A stretch of 25,521 bases of DNA from a virus (taxonomy: Duplodnaviria > Caudoviricetes): positions 1 through 25,521 of IMG/VR virus record IMGVR_UViG_3300048855_000109; one strand, given 5' to 3'. The stretch's first letter is position 1. Every line of letters starts with the position of its first letter. The notes under the pieces are model-generated. The model searched no databases. It was not told where the DNA came from and was given only the letters and a program-made list of their open reading frames with translations. This document shows positions 8,836 through 17,453 of the stretch, piece after piece. A program made the translations under genes and the position numbers.

Positions 8836-9123
8836 ATGAGCGAACGTAATGACGTCCGAGAGCTTCGTATTCGCGTCCGCCTCGCGGAGGCGAACGTGCG
8901 ACTGCGCGTCGAGGCGTACTGGACGTTGCTTGCGCTGGCGATGACGGTCACCGCGCTTGCCGTGAACGTCGGGCGTGATGATGCCCTCTCGGGAGCGATC
9001 ATGTTCGCGGGTGCGGTCGTGATCGCGTTCATCGCGATCCGCGCCTACACGGGCCGCCGCAAGACAGTCGCCGAGCTGGTCGATGCGCAGAGCGAGCTGG
9101 AAGCGCGGCTCACGGCGTCCTGA
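8836..9123 (+). CDS. Hypothetical 95-aa two-TM cargo protein, antisense
   Basis: MSERNDVREL...; two hydrophobic helices flanked by charged helices. Confidence 0.75.
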   Translation: MSERNDVRELRIRVRLAEANVRLRVEAYWTLLALAMTVTALAVNVGRDDALSGAIMFAGAVVIAFIAIRAYTGRRKTVAELVDAQSELEARLTAS

Positions 9124-9136
9124 CGCCCTGCCCACG

Positions 9137-9649
9137 TCACGCCACCTCCTGCACGCGAACGCTGTTCGGAACGTTCGTGCCCGCGTTCGCCTCGGGGTCG
9201 TCGAGCGGGTCGCCGTAGCCGGCGGCGCGCAGGAGCTGCAGCGCGGTGTCGAGGTGGAGGCGGACGGCGGCGTCGGCGTTGCCGAGCTCGTGGCCGCGGC
9301 CGCCGACGAGCGGGAGGAGCCAGCCGAGCCGGAACCACGCCCACCACCGGTGGGCGTTGGTTGGTCCGACGCCGGGGCGCTGGATGACGAGGAACGCGAC
9401 GTCGGCGCGGGCGTGCACGCGCTCGCGCTCGGTCTCGATGAGCCAGGCGTCGATGAGCCCGTCGGAGGCGGTGCGTGCGGCGGCGCCGCCCTTGACCTCG
9501 ATGACGACCCCGGGGCACAGGCCGACGTCGCCGCGGTCCTGGTTGCCGGTGAGGGTGAGCCGGTCGGCGTGGGGGAAGCCGCGGGGGCGGGCGGCGCGGA
9601 CGACGGCGGTCTCAGCTGCGGTGCCGATGGCCTTGGGGCGGTTGACCAT
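9137..9649 (-). CDS. Holliday junction resolvase (PD-(D/E)XK)
   Basis: 'KAIGTAAETAVV', 'DRGDV', 'VIEVK' catalytic pattern; GAAGGA RBS. Confidence 0.8.
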   Translation of the reverse strand: MVNRPKAIGTAAETAVVRAARPRGFPHADRLTLTGNQDRGDVGLCPGVVIEVKGGAAARTASDGLIDAWLIETERERVHARADVAFLVIQRPGVGPTNAHRWWAWFRLGWLLPLVGGRGHELGNADAAVRLHLDTALQLLRAAGYGDPLDDPEANAGTNVPNSVRVQEVA

Positions 9650-9664
9650 GGTGGGTCCTTCCGG

Positions 9665-10081
9665 TCAGAACGGCGGCGGGCCGTCGGGGTTGGTGATCTG
9701 CGCTGGGGTCGGGAGGGGTTCGCGGGACAGCGGCGGGGTGGCGCAGTCGTGTTCGGCGACGACAAGGACGTCGGCGGCGGAAGGGCGCGGTCCGAACGGC
9801 AGAACGGCGGGGCTGAACCGGGGGATCAACTCGTAGGTGCCAGGGACGCCGCGCAGCTTGTAGGTGCGCCTGGCCAGGACGACGCAGGCCGCTTCAAGCT
9901 GGGGGCTGATCCGGTACGGGTCGACGACGGCGAGCCACGCGGCGACGTGCCCGTCATACCCGGCCAGGACGAGCCGACGGCAGGTACGGCAGTGCCGCGG
10001 GACTGCCCTGGTTCCGACGAGCGCGGGGTCTGCGCCGGTGCGGGTCGTGTACGCCGTGAGCCACGCCGGCGTGCCGGTCAC
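9665..10081 (-). CDS. Hypothetical phage protein with CxxC / HxC motifs
   Basis: 'CRTC', 'EHDC', C-terminal 'PPPF'. Confidence 0.7.
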   Translation of the reverse strand: MTGTPAWLTAYTTRTGADPALVGTRAVPRHCRTCRRLVLAGYDGHVAAWLAVVDPYRISPQLEAACVVLARRTYKLRGVPGTYELIPRFSPAVLPFGPRPSAADVLVVAEHDCATPPLSREPLPTPAQITNPDGPPPF

Positions 10082-10094
10082 GGGACGCCGCCCG

Positions 10095-10310
10095 GTGACG
10101 CGTGTGACGCGATGTGCTGGTTCCCGGTGCCGTGTGCGCGCTCTGAACTGACATGTCCGACAAAAGCGTCACACGCGTCACTAAGCGTCACGACCTGCGG
10201 GTTTACCGGGGTCGGACCCGTCACGGTTGCGTCACGTAGGGGGCTTGATGCGTCACGGGTCGGGCTCACGCGAGGCCCTCCTGCGTCCATCGGGGCGTCG
10301 TCGGTGACGC
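10095..10310. repeat. Candidate replication origin: GTGACGC/GCGTCAC iterons with a 16-bp inverted repeat
   Basis: GTGACGCGTGTGACGC 10095-10110 vs GCGTCACACGCGTCAC 10166-10181; more copies at 10185, 10218, 10229, 10250, 10304; directly after primase-helicase. Confidence 0.7.
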
Positions 10311-12794
10311 ATCCGCAGCGCCCTGGTCGACGTCGTTGAGGCGGATGCCGGCGAGGAACCGGGCGCTGTTGGTGCGCTCGGGCAGCACCCCGTACTTGGC
10401 GCGCAGGGCGATGGCGAACGCCTTCGGGTTGACGGGTTCCTCACCCTCGATGCGGCACCACGTCTCGTACGCGGCGCGCAGCTCGGCGGACTTCACCTTC
10501 AGGTGGAGCGCGCTCGTCGGGCCGGTGGTGCACTGCTCGTCGACGAACCGCGCGACGGTGTCCTGGTCGCGCTGGTAGGCGGCGGTGGCGGCGCGCACGG
10601 ACTCCGGTTCGGCGAGCCCGTGGGCGAAGTAGTCGGCGGCACCGCGGATGACCCACCCGAGGATGGCGGGGCCCTCGCGGGTGATGAGCCGGTCCTCCAG
10701 GTCGGGGACGCGCTTCTCGGGCGGGACGGTGTGCTCGAACGGCAGCAGGCGGATCCGGCGCCAGAACGCGATGCCGCCGGCGCGGACCTCGGGCTGGTGG
10801 TTGGCGAGCAGCCACAGGGTGTGCGTGGGGACGAAGTCGAACCAGTCCTGGCGCATGAACCGGCCGGTGATGGTGTCCTTGCCGGTGAGCAGCTTGATTT
10901 TCGCCTCGGCGAACCGCTGGGAGTCCTCCAGCTCGGACGTGACGACCAGGCGCGCACCGGACAGCCGCGCGAGCTCGGTGGGGTGTCCCTCGGAGCGGGA
11001 GGCGAGCAGCATCGAGGCGGGGGCGGACATGGCGTACCCGGTCTCGCCCATGCCGACGAGGTGCTGCACGACGGACAGCAGGGTCGTCTTGCCGTTGGCG
11101 CCGGCGCCGTGCGCGAACGGGAACAGCTGCTCGAGCACGACGCCGACGATCGACAGGCCCAGCAGGCGCTGGATGTAGGTGGTCATGGCGGGGTCGCCCG
11201 CGAACGTGTCCGCGAGGAACCGGTCCCACAGCGGGTGCTCGGCGTCGAGGTCGGGGGCGACCGTCGTGGACCGGGTGTGCAGGGCGCCGGGGTCGGGGGC
11301 GCCGAGGCTGCCGGTGCGCAGGTCGACGACCCCGGCGGGGGTGTTCAGCTCGTACGGGCGGGCGTCGAGCTGGGCGACGGGCGCGACGATGCGCTGGTCG
11401 GACTGCGCGAGCCGCTTGATCCCGGCGACGCCCTGCGCCGACAGGGCACGCTTGGTGTAGGTGGCCCAGCCGTCGCCGTTGGGCAGGCGGCGGGCGATGG
11501 CGCGCACGTGCTCGGAGACCAGGCCGCGGTCGTCATTCGTCCAGCGGTGCCCGTTCCAGGTGAGCCAGGTGCCGCGGCCGGGGCAGTACCGGATGGTGTC
11601 GGCGTGCTGGTCGACGAGCAGCAGCGCGGTGTTGTCCTCGTTCGGGTGGGCCTGGCGCTGCTTGGCTACGCCGACGGCTGGTCGGCCCCCGGTGGCGGCC
11701 TTGGTGGACGGCTTAGGCGCCGCGGCGGCCGGGGTTGTCTGCTCGGTGGCGTCGTCGCCGCCCGGGGTCGGGTCGACGGTGGGCGACGTCGGCGCGATGA
11801 GCCCGGCGAGGTCGTCGGTGTCGGCCGGGGCTAGCGCGGTGGCGTGCTGGCCGAACCCGGCCCGGGCGAGGGCCTTCGCCGCGGCGGAGAAGTCCCCGCC
11901 GTGCTCGAGGACGGCGTAGGCGCCGAGCTTCGTGTACGGCACCTCCTGGGCGAAGTCGGTGGAGGAGGTGAACACGAACAGCCGGTCGCGGTCGTCGGCG
12001 TGCCCGGTGGTGGCGGACAGCCCGGACCCGCGGGGCTTGCCGGGGCGCAGCCAGTACCGGGTGCGGCCGCGCTGCGACACGAGGGTCCAACCGTGCGGGG
12101 TGAGGATGTCCGTCCAGTCGGTGCGGTTCTCGTAATCGTCGCCGGGGGTGATCCCCGCGGTCGGGTCGTGCGCGGCGGCGGGCGCGCTGACGACGACCGG
12201 CGCGTCGGGCTGCTCATCGAGGGTGCGCAGCAGGGCGTGGAACGCGTCGCGCTGCTCGACGGTCAGGGTCGGCGCGGTGGAGGGCCCGCCGATGAGCCGC
12301 GTCCAGGGCCGGCCGGTGGCGTGGTGGCGGGACGGGGCGACGACAACCTGCCCGCCCTCGCCGCGGGTCTCGGCCAGGACGAGCTTGTCGGCGGCGCGTG
12401 CCAGCTTGAGGTTGCCGGGCACCTCGCCGTCGAGTCGGTAGTGGAAGTGGTACCCGCCGGACGGGGACAGCTCCACCCACCCGGTGGTGACCAGCGCCCA
12501 CAGGTCGGCCAGGCCGGTGTCCTCGGCGAGGGCCTTCAGCTCGGGCAGGCGCGCGGCGGCGCGGCCCTCGATCTCGGTCAGCTCGGCGCCGCCGGACACG
12601 GCGCCCTGCACGACGCCGAGGTCGTGCGGGTCGTCCCCGCAGAACCAGGCGGTGGCGTCGACCTCGGTGGCGAGCTGGCGCGTGTGGTACTTCCACGACG
12701 GCAGGGCAGGGGCCTTGGACCCGTCGGTCCGGATCGGGATGACGGAGTAGCCGTGCGCGAGCAGGTCGAGCGCGGCGGCCAGGATCGGGTTCAC
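10266..12794 (-). CDS. Bifunctional primase-polymerase fused to P4/D5-family SF3 helicase
   Basis: Prim-Pol N-terminus ('GYSVIPI', 'SPSGGYHFHY', 'ETRGEGGQVVVAPS'), D5_N-like region, Walker A 'GAGANGKTT', 'WRRIRLLPF'; GTG 12794 with GGAGG. Confidence 0.93.
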   Translation of the reverse strand: MNPILAAALDLLAHGYSVIPIRTDGSKAPALPSWKYHTRQLATEVDATAWFCGDDPHDLGVVQGAVSGGAELTEIEGRAAARLPELKALAEDTGLADLWALVTTGWVELSPSGGYHFHYRLDGEVPGNLKLARAADKLVLAETRGEGGQVVVAPSRHHATGRPWTRLIGGPSTAPTLTVEQRDAFHALLRTLDEQPDAPVVVSAPAAAHDPTAGITPGDDYENRTDWTDILTPHGWTLVSQRGRTRYWLRPGKPRGSGLSATTGHADDRDRLFVFTSSTDFAQEVPYTKLGAYAVLEHGGDFSAAAKALARAGFGQHATALAPADTDDLAGLIAPTSPTVDPTPGGDDATEQTTPAAAAPKPSTKAATGGRPAVGVAKQRQAHPNEDNTALLLVDQHADTIRYCPGRGTWLTWNGHRWTNDDRGLVSEHVRAIARRLPNGDGWATYTKRALSAQGVAGIKRLAQSDQRIVAPVAQLDARPYELNTPAGVVDLRTGSLGAPDPGALHTRSTTVAPDLDAEHPLWDRFLADTFAGDPAMTTYIQRLLGLSIVGVVLEQLFPFAHGAGANGKTTLLSVVQHLVGMGETGYAMSAPASMLLASRSEGHPTELARLSGARLVVTSELEDSQRFAEAKIKLLTGKDTITGRFMRQDWFDFVPTHTLWLLANHQPEVRAGGIAFWRRIRLLPFEHTVPPEKRVPDLEDRLITREGPAILGWVIRGAADYFAHGLAEPESVRAATAAYQRDQDTVARFVDEQCTTGPTSALHLKVKSAELRAAYETWCRIEGEEPVNPKAFAIALRAKYGVLPERTNSARFLAGIRLNDVDQGAADASPTTPRWTQEGLA

Positions 12795-12809
12795 CGGTAG
12801 CCTCCGGCC

Positions 12810-13238
12810 ATGGTCGTTGCCTCGTTCGTGGTCTCGCTCGTCGCCGCGGTGCTCGCGGCTCTGTCGGTGCTGTTCACGCGCTCGCAGGCACGGTCGGCGG
12901 ACCGGCAGGTGCACCTGATGCGCGAGGAGGTGGCGGCGGCGGCCGAGCAGCGCGAGTCGCGGCGCTCGGCGCCGTGGGTCCTGTCGCACTTCCAGGGGGA
13001 TGCGTTCGCGCTCACGAACACGTGGCTGTACGCGCTGTACGACGTCGAGGTGGTGATTCCGTACTCGACGCCGTGGGGGCCGCGGACGTGGGAGCAGGTG
13101 GACGCGACCGCCTCGGTGACGTTCTTGGCTCCGGAGACGGAAGCGTTCCGCGGTGGCCAGCTCGAGGTCCAGTGGCGCGAGACGCCGGCGGGCGAGGTGC
13201 GGTCGTGGCAAACGACGCTGCCTGCCTGGGAACGGTGA
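12810..13238 (+). CDS. Hypothetical single-pass membrane cargo protein, antisense
   Basis: N-terminal TM, charged helix, beta-rich domain; TAGCCT (12798-12803) 6 nt before ATG. Confidence 0.8.
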   Translation: MVVASFVVSLVAAVLAALSVLFTRSQARSADRQVHLMREEVAAAAEQRESRRSAPWVLSHFQGDAFALTNTWLYALYDVEVVIPYSTPWGPRTWEQVDATASVTFLAPETEAFRGGQLEVQWRETPAGEVRSWQTTLPAWER

Positions 13239-13304
13239 AGCCGCACGGGGCTCTCCTTCGTCGTGGGTGGTGCTGGTGCGTGGTCCCCGCGGCCCGGCTC
13301 GGAC

Positions 13305-13334
13305 GGACCCCGCGCCTGACGCGGCGCGGGGTCC
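13305..13334. terminator. 12-bp GC hairpin between convergent SSB and cargo gene
   Basis: GGACCCCGCGCC-tgacgc-GGCGCGGGGTCC. Confidence 0.55.
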
Positions 13335-13340
13335 CGGGGT

Positions 13341-14021
13341 TCAGGCCGCGGCGGGGGTGCCCCGGAGCAGGGCGATGACGGACGCGTCCAGGCCGGTGGC
13401 GCCGGCGATGGTGGCGTCGTCGAGGCCGAGCCCGATGAGCTGGCGGGCCTTGTCCCCGGCGTCGGCGCCCTGGGCGGGCGCGGCGGCCGGGGCCGGGGTG
13501 GCGACGGCGGCCGGGGCGGGGGCGGGCTGCTGCACCGCGACCGGGGCCGGGGTGGGCGCCGTCCCGAGGAACCCACCGGTGGCGGCCGCGTGGTCCGGGG
13601 CGGCGTACTGCGCCTCGTAGAGCTTCCGGTCGGAGTAGCCACGGGTCTTGGCCGGCTCGGTGCCGACGTAGGACACGGTGAGGCGGCCACCCGGCTCGAG
13701 GCCCTTGGCGTTCGCGGCCTGCACGGCGGCGCGCACGGCGTCGTGCAGGGACCTGGACCCGAACGCCTTGGAGCCCTTCACGTAGACGGCACGGTGGCCG
13801 TCGTCGTCCTCGTCGTCGCGCAGGTCGGTGGCGAGGGTGACGACGAGCTGCATGCGCGGGTCGCCGTTCTCCCAGACGAGCGGGCTGCCGTCCTTCATGT
13901 CGGTCTGCTGGCGGACCTCGGTGGAGACGATGTCGCCGGTGATGGTGTCGCCGACCTGGTCGAACTTGGCGGACTTGCCGCCGCCGCCGAGCAGGAAGTC
14001 GTTCGCGGAGGGGGTGCTCAT
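13341..14021 (-). CDS. Probable ssDNA-binding protein (actinophage OB-fold type)
   Basis: 'GGGGKSAKFDQVGDTITGDIV...GDPRMQLVVTL', Pro/Ala linker; AAGGAG RBS; between exonuclease and primase. Confidence 0.65.
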   Translation of the reverse strand: MSTPSANDFLLGGGGKSAKFDQVGDTITGDIVSTEVRQQTDMKDGSPLVWENGDPRMQLVVTLATDLRDDEDDDGHRAVYVKGSKAFGSRSLHDAVRAAVQAANAKGLEPGGRLTVSYVGTEPAKTRGYSDRKLYEAQYAAPDHAAATGGFLGTAPTPAPVAVQQPAPAPAAVATPAPAAAPAQGADAGDKARQLIGLGLDDATIAGATGLDASVIALLRGTPAAA

Positions 14022-14083
14022 GGTCGTGGTGCTCCTTGGTGTGTCGGTGCTGCGGGAGGTGATGCCTTCGCGCCGGGTGGCGT

Positions 14084-14917
14084 TCAGGCGGCCGTCGACC
14101 CGAGGAGGTCGGCGAACTCGGAGCTCGGCGCCCGGTGGCCGGGGGTGGTGAGGTGCGCGCCGTCGGGGAAGCGCGCGCAGTCGTAGCACTCGGGGTCCCG
14201 CGGCAGCTGCCCGATCCAGGCGGCCACCGCCTCGGGCCCGAGAGCGGTCAGGGCGGCGAGGTTGGCGGCGACCCGGTTGGCGCGGTCGAGGGCGTCGACG
14301 GCGCGCTGCCGGTCGTGCGGGGCCGTCCACCAGATGGCGTCGTCGAGGGAGACGGCATTGCGCGGCAGGTAGGCGATCGCGACGTGGTCGACGCGGATGC
14401 CGGCGTCGTTCCAGCCCTTCGCGTACAGGTCGGCCTGGGTGCGGTACACCGGGGACGGCCCGGACCGGGCCTTCCTGAGGGTGGCCGCGCCGACGAGCTT
14501 CCAGTCGACGGTCATGCCGACCTGCACGTCGAGCAGGTCGGTGCTGCCCCAGATCTCCCGGCCGAGGATGTGCCCGACCATGACGCGCGCCTCGGTGAGG
14601 TACCGCAGGCCGCCGCCGTGCTGGGCGCCCCGGTTGTTCTCGTGGCGGATGAACGCCTCCTCGACCCAGGCGTGCAGGGCGGTGCCAATGGTCGGCAGCC
14701 ACGCGACGTCCCGGGCCTCGGGCCAGCCCGCGAGCTTCGCGGCGAGGCAGTGCCCGCACGGGGTGCCGATCTCGGACGGGCCGATCTCGACCTGCTGGGA
14801 CCGGGGGTGGTTGACGATGGCGTCCTCGATGACCCCGCGCGCCGCCTTGAGGGCGTCGCGGGGGTCGCCGCCGGCGAACGGGGCGTGCAGCGGTGGCAGT
14901 GCGGCGAGGGCGGTCAT
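14084..14917 (-). CDS. Cas4-like / PD-(D/E)XK exonuclease
   Basis: 'IGPSEIGTPC', 'GTALH', 'GSTDLLD...VDWK', 'QADLY', C-terminal 'CYDC'. Confidence 0.85.
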   Translation of the reverse strand: MTALAALPPLHAPFAGGDPRDALKAARGVIEDAIVNHPRSQQVEIGPSEIGTPCGHCLAAKLAGWPEARDVAWLPTIGTALHAWVEEAFIRHENNRGAQHGGGLRYLTEARVMVGHILGREIWGSTDLLDVQVGMTVDWKLVGAATLRKARSGPSPVYRTQADLYAKGWNDAGIRVDHVAIAYLPRNAVSLDDAIWWTAPHDRQRAVDALDRANRVAANLAALTALGPEAVAAWIGQLPRDPECYDCARFPDGAHLTTPGHRAPSSEFADLLGSTAA

Positions 14918-14944
14918 CGGGTCCGTCCCGTTACCGTTCGCGGC

Positions 14945-15511
14945 ATGGACTTCTGGGCGGTATCGCTGGACGGATGGTTGGGCGCGGTCCTGGGTTCGCT
15001 TGCATCGATCGCAGCAGCTGTCTTCGTACTGAGGCGCACGCTGAAGCACGAACGAGAACAGTTCTTGAGCCAGCTCGAGGCCGAACGCGAGCTCGCCGTC
15101 TGGCAGCGCCAACTCGAAGTGTTCGGTGACCTCTCCGCGAAGGCCACGCGGATGGGCTTTGTGCCCACCAAGGGCGCAGACTTGCTCGCCGCAACGAACG
15201 ACTTCACGGCATCGGTGCGGCTGTGGCGGATGTACGCCGACGAAGGCGAGTTTCCGCACATCGTGGAGGTGCTCGCGCTGCACTTCGAGCGTGCAGCCTG
15301 GCGGGCGCGCGACACCGAGTACCGATTGGCGGACTCGGAGAACAGGCGGCCCAAGGAGCGGGTGAGCGTCGAAGGGGTCCTTGATCTATCGATGGACCTC
15401 ATGCTCTTCGGGCGCCTGTGGCACCAAGAACCCGGGCGACGCGCTGAAGTCGAGGCTTGGGCGGTGGCGGCGCTAGCTCGGGCCGCAGCGCTCTGGCCGA
15501 AGCGCTCCTGA
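14945..15511 (+). CDS. Hypothetical single-pass membrane cargo protein, antisense
   Basis: 'WLGAVLGSLASIAAAVFVL' then 'RRTLKHEREQF'; TACCGT (14932-14937) 7 nt before ATG. Confidence 0.8.
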   Translation: MDFWAVSLDGWLGAVLGSLASIAAAVFVLRRTLKHEREQFLSQLEAERELAVWQRQLEVFGDLSAKATRMGFVPTKGADLLAATNDFTASVRLWRMYADEGEFPHIVEVLALHFERAAWRARDTEYRLADSENRRPKERVSVEGVLDLSMDLMLFGRLWHQEPGRRAEVEAWAVAALARAAALWPKRS

Positions 15512-15521
15512 CGTTCGCCGC

Positions 15522-15791
15522 TCACGCCGCACCGCCGGCACGCTCGGGCGTCGGCTCGATGGCCTCGCCGCCGAGGAAGACGTGCGCGAGCTGGTGCAAC
15601 AGGTGCCCGACGGCGAGCCGGGCGTCCTGGCCGGACATCTCGGCGCCGAGGTTCGTCTGCACGCTGGCGCTCATCCCGGTGTCGTCGAGGCCGTCGACGA
15701 CGACCTGCACGACCGGCTTGTTCTCGGGGGCAGGCGTGAACCGGTTGACCGGGCACGCGCGGAACGAGGCGCTGTCGATCCTCTCGGCCAT
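15522..15791 (-). CDS. Hypothetical phage protein (89 aa)
   Basis: ATG 15791 coupled by TGATG overlap to the upstream gene. Confidence 0.65.
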   Translation of the reverse strand: MAERIDSASFRACPVNRFTPAPENKPVVQVVVDGLDDTGMSASVQTNLGAEMSGQDARLAVGHLLHQLAHVFLGGEAIEPTPERAGGAA

Positions 15792-16156
15792 CACTTCACC
15801 TCGACGGTGGGCGTGCCGGCGTCCTGGAACTGCTCCAGGGCGGCCGGGGCGAGGTGGTGCTTCACCGCGGTCGTGTCGATGGCCGGCTTGTACAGCTCGG
15901 GGTGCTCGGTCACCGGGAACGCGTCGGCCAGCCGGGCCGGGACGAGGCGCCGCGCCGGGGCCTTCACCAGCACCCGGTGGGAGCCGACGTTCGTGGTGCC
16001 CTGGGGCAGGCGGCGGCGCAGCGTCGCCTTGATGGTCTCGATGCGCTCCTTGTCCGCCTCGATGGCGGCCTGGCGCTTCACGAGCTCGGCGGCGAGCTGG
16101 TCCAGCTCGAGGAGGTCCTCGGGGCTCAGCTCGACGTCGGTGGTGGTGTCGGTCAT
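15791..16156 (-). CDS. Hypothetical phage protein, coiled-coil N-terminus (recombination module)
   Basis: GAAGGG RBS; helical charged N-half; upstream of exonuclease. Confidence 0.75.
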   Translation of the reverse strand: MTDTTTDVELSPEDLLELDQLAAELVKRQAAIEADKERIETIKATLRRRLPQGTTNVGSHRVLVKAPARRLVPARLADAFPVTEHPELYKPAIDTTAVKHHLAPAALEQFQDAGTPTVEVK

Positions 16157-16195
16157 GGTCGTGCCCTTCTGTCGTGGTGGTCGCTGGTGCCGCGG

Positions 16196-16429
16196 TCAGG
16201 CGGCGAGGTCGTGGCTGGCCTCGTTGGCCTTCAGCCGGGCGACGAGGTCCCCGCGGCGGGCCCGCCAGAGGGTCCGGTCGAGGGTCTTGGCGTTCGCGTA
16301 GCCGAGGCGGCGGGCAGCGTTCATGAACGTCTCGCCCGTGTCGGCCAGGAACTCGCAGTCCTCGATGACGGCTTCGATGCGCGGCTGCGGGGGCGGCTCG
16401 GGCGGCAGGTCGTCGTCGTCGGTGCTCAC
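16196..16429 (-). CDS. Small HTH-like protein
   Basis: 'FMNAARRLGYANAKTLDRTLWR'; GTGA coupling. Confidence 0.65.
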   Translation of the reverse strand: MSTDDDDLPPEPPPQPRIEAVIEDCEFLADTGETFMNAARRLGYANAKTLDRTLWRARRGDLVARLKANEASHDLAA

Positions 16430-17127
16430 GCGGCCTCGCCACGGGTGGCGGTGACGTACTGCTCGACGACGGCGCGCGGGACGCGGCCGGCCTTGGGGCA
16501 GGTGACGCCGTTCTCGGCCGCCCAGGCGCGCACGACCTTCGACTGCACGCCGTGCACGTCGGTCGCGGGCGGGGTGGTCGCACCGCCGGCGGCGGAGCGG
16601 TCACCGCGCAGGAGGGCCTTCGCGGCGGCGAGCTCGCGCTCGAGGCGCTCGACCTCGCTGCGGGCCTTCGCCTGCTCGGCGGCCCGGGCGGCGTCCTGGC
16701 GGCGCTGCTCCTCGTCGGCCCGCAGCGCGCCGGTGAGGGCATCGACGGCGTCGCGGGCCTTCTCAGCGAACCGGCGGATGCGGGGCCGCTCGGACTTCAG
16801 GCCGCGGGCGATGACCGCACGCACCTCGTCCGGCGCCGGGCCGGGCACCGCGGTGAGGGGACGCGGCGTCGGTGCGGTGGGGCGCTGCGCGGGCGGCCGG
16901 ACCGGGGCGGCCGGCGCGACGGCAGGGCGGGCGGCCTCGTCGATCTGCTTCTGCAGGACGTCTGCGGCCCACGCCAGCTTCGACTGGTCCGGGTAGCCGT
17001 ACCCGGAGGCTGTGCGGACGACGGTGTAGACGTCCGTGCTGACGGCGGTCGCCACGAACTCGGCGTCGCGGCCGGCGGCGAGCAGCTTGACGATCGTCAG
17101 CTTGTCGGTGGTGGTGACGGTGCTCAT
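16426..17127 (-). CDS. Protein with C-terminal Lsr2-type DNA-binding domain
   Basis: 'SKVVRAWAAENGVTCPKAGRVPRAVVEQY' matches Lsr2 DBD pattern; central coiled coil. Confidence 0.8.
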   Translation of the reverse strand: MSTVTTTDKLTIVKLLAAGRDAEFVATAVSTDVYTVVRTASGYGYPDQSKLAWAADVLQKQIDEAARPAVAPAAPVRPPAQRPTAPTPRPLTAVPGPAPDEVRAVIARGLKSERPRIRRFAEKARDAVDALTGALRADEEQRRQDAARAAEQAKARSEVERLERELAAAKALLRGDRSAAGGATTPPATDVHGVQSKVVRAWAAENGVTCPKAGRVPRAVVEQYVTATRGEAA

Positions 17128-17453
17128 GGTCGGCGTGCTCCGTTCATGATCGAGAAGTGGATGAGGCGGCGGCGCGCGTCCTCGGTGGTGCCGCCCCACA
17201 CCCCGTCGCGCTGGCGCGTGTCGACGGCGTAGGTGAGGCACTCGGCGCGGACGTCGCAGCCGGCGCAGACGCGCGTCGCGGCCTGCTCGCGCTTGACGCG
17301 GGCCTGACCCCGCTCGCCGTCGGGCGAGAAGAACAGCTCGGGGTCGGTCTCGGAGCACGCGGCGCGGTCGGCCCAGGACGGCGGCGGGCCGGACAGGTCG
17401 AGGGCGGCGGACGCCCCGGCCCGGGTGACGGTGTAGGCGGACAGGTCACGCAC
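17124..17453 (-). CDS. whiB: WhiB-family Fe-S transcription regulator
   Basis: Four Cys (AAC...CAGC...EC), 'DPELFF', 'GVWGG'. Confidence 0.95.
   Translation of the reverse strand: MRDLSAYTVTRAGASAALDLSGPPPSWADRAACSETDPELFFSPDGERGQARVKREQAATRVCAGCDVRAECLTYAVDTRQRDGVWGGTTEDARRRLIHFSIMNGARRP

Noticed and set aside
14084-14917. CRISPR-Cas locus suggested by Cas4-like protein
   Set aside because: No repeat-spacer array or other cas genes seen; ordinary phage exonuclease context
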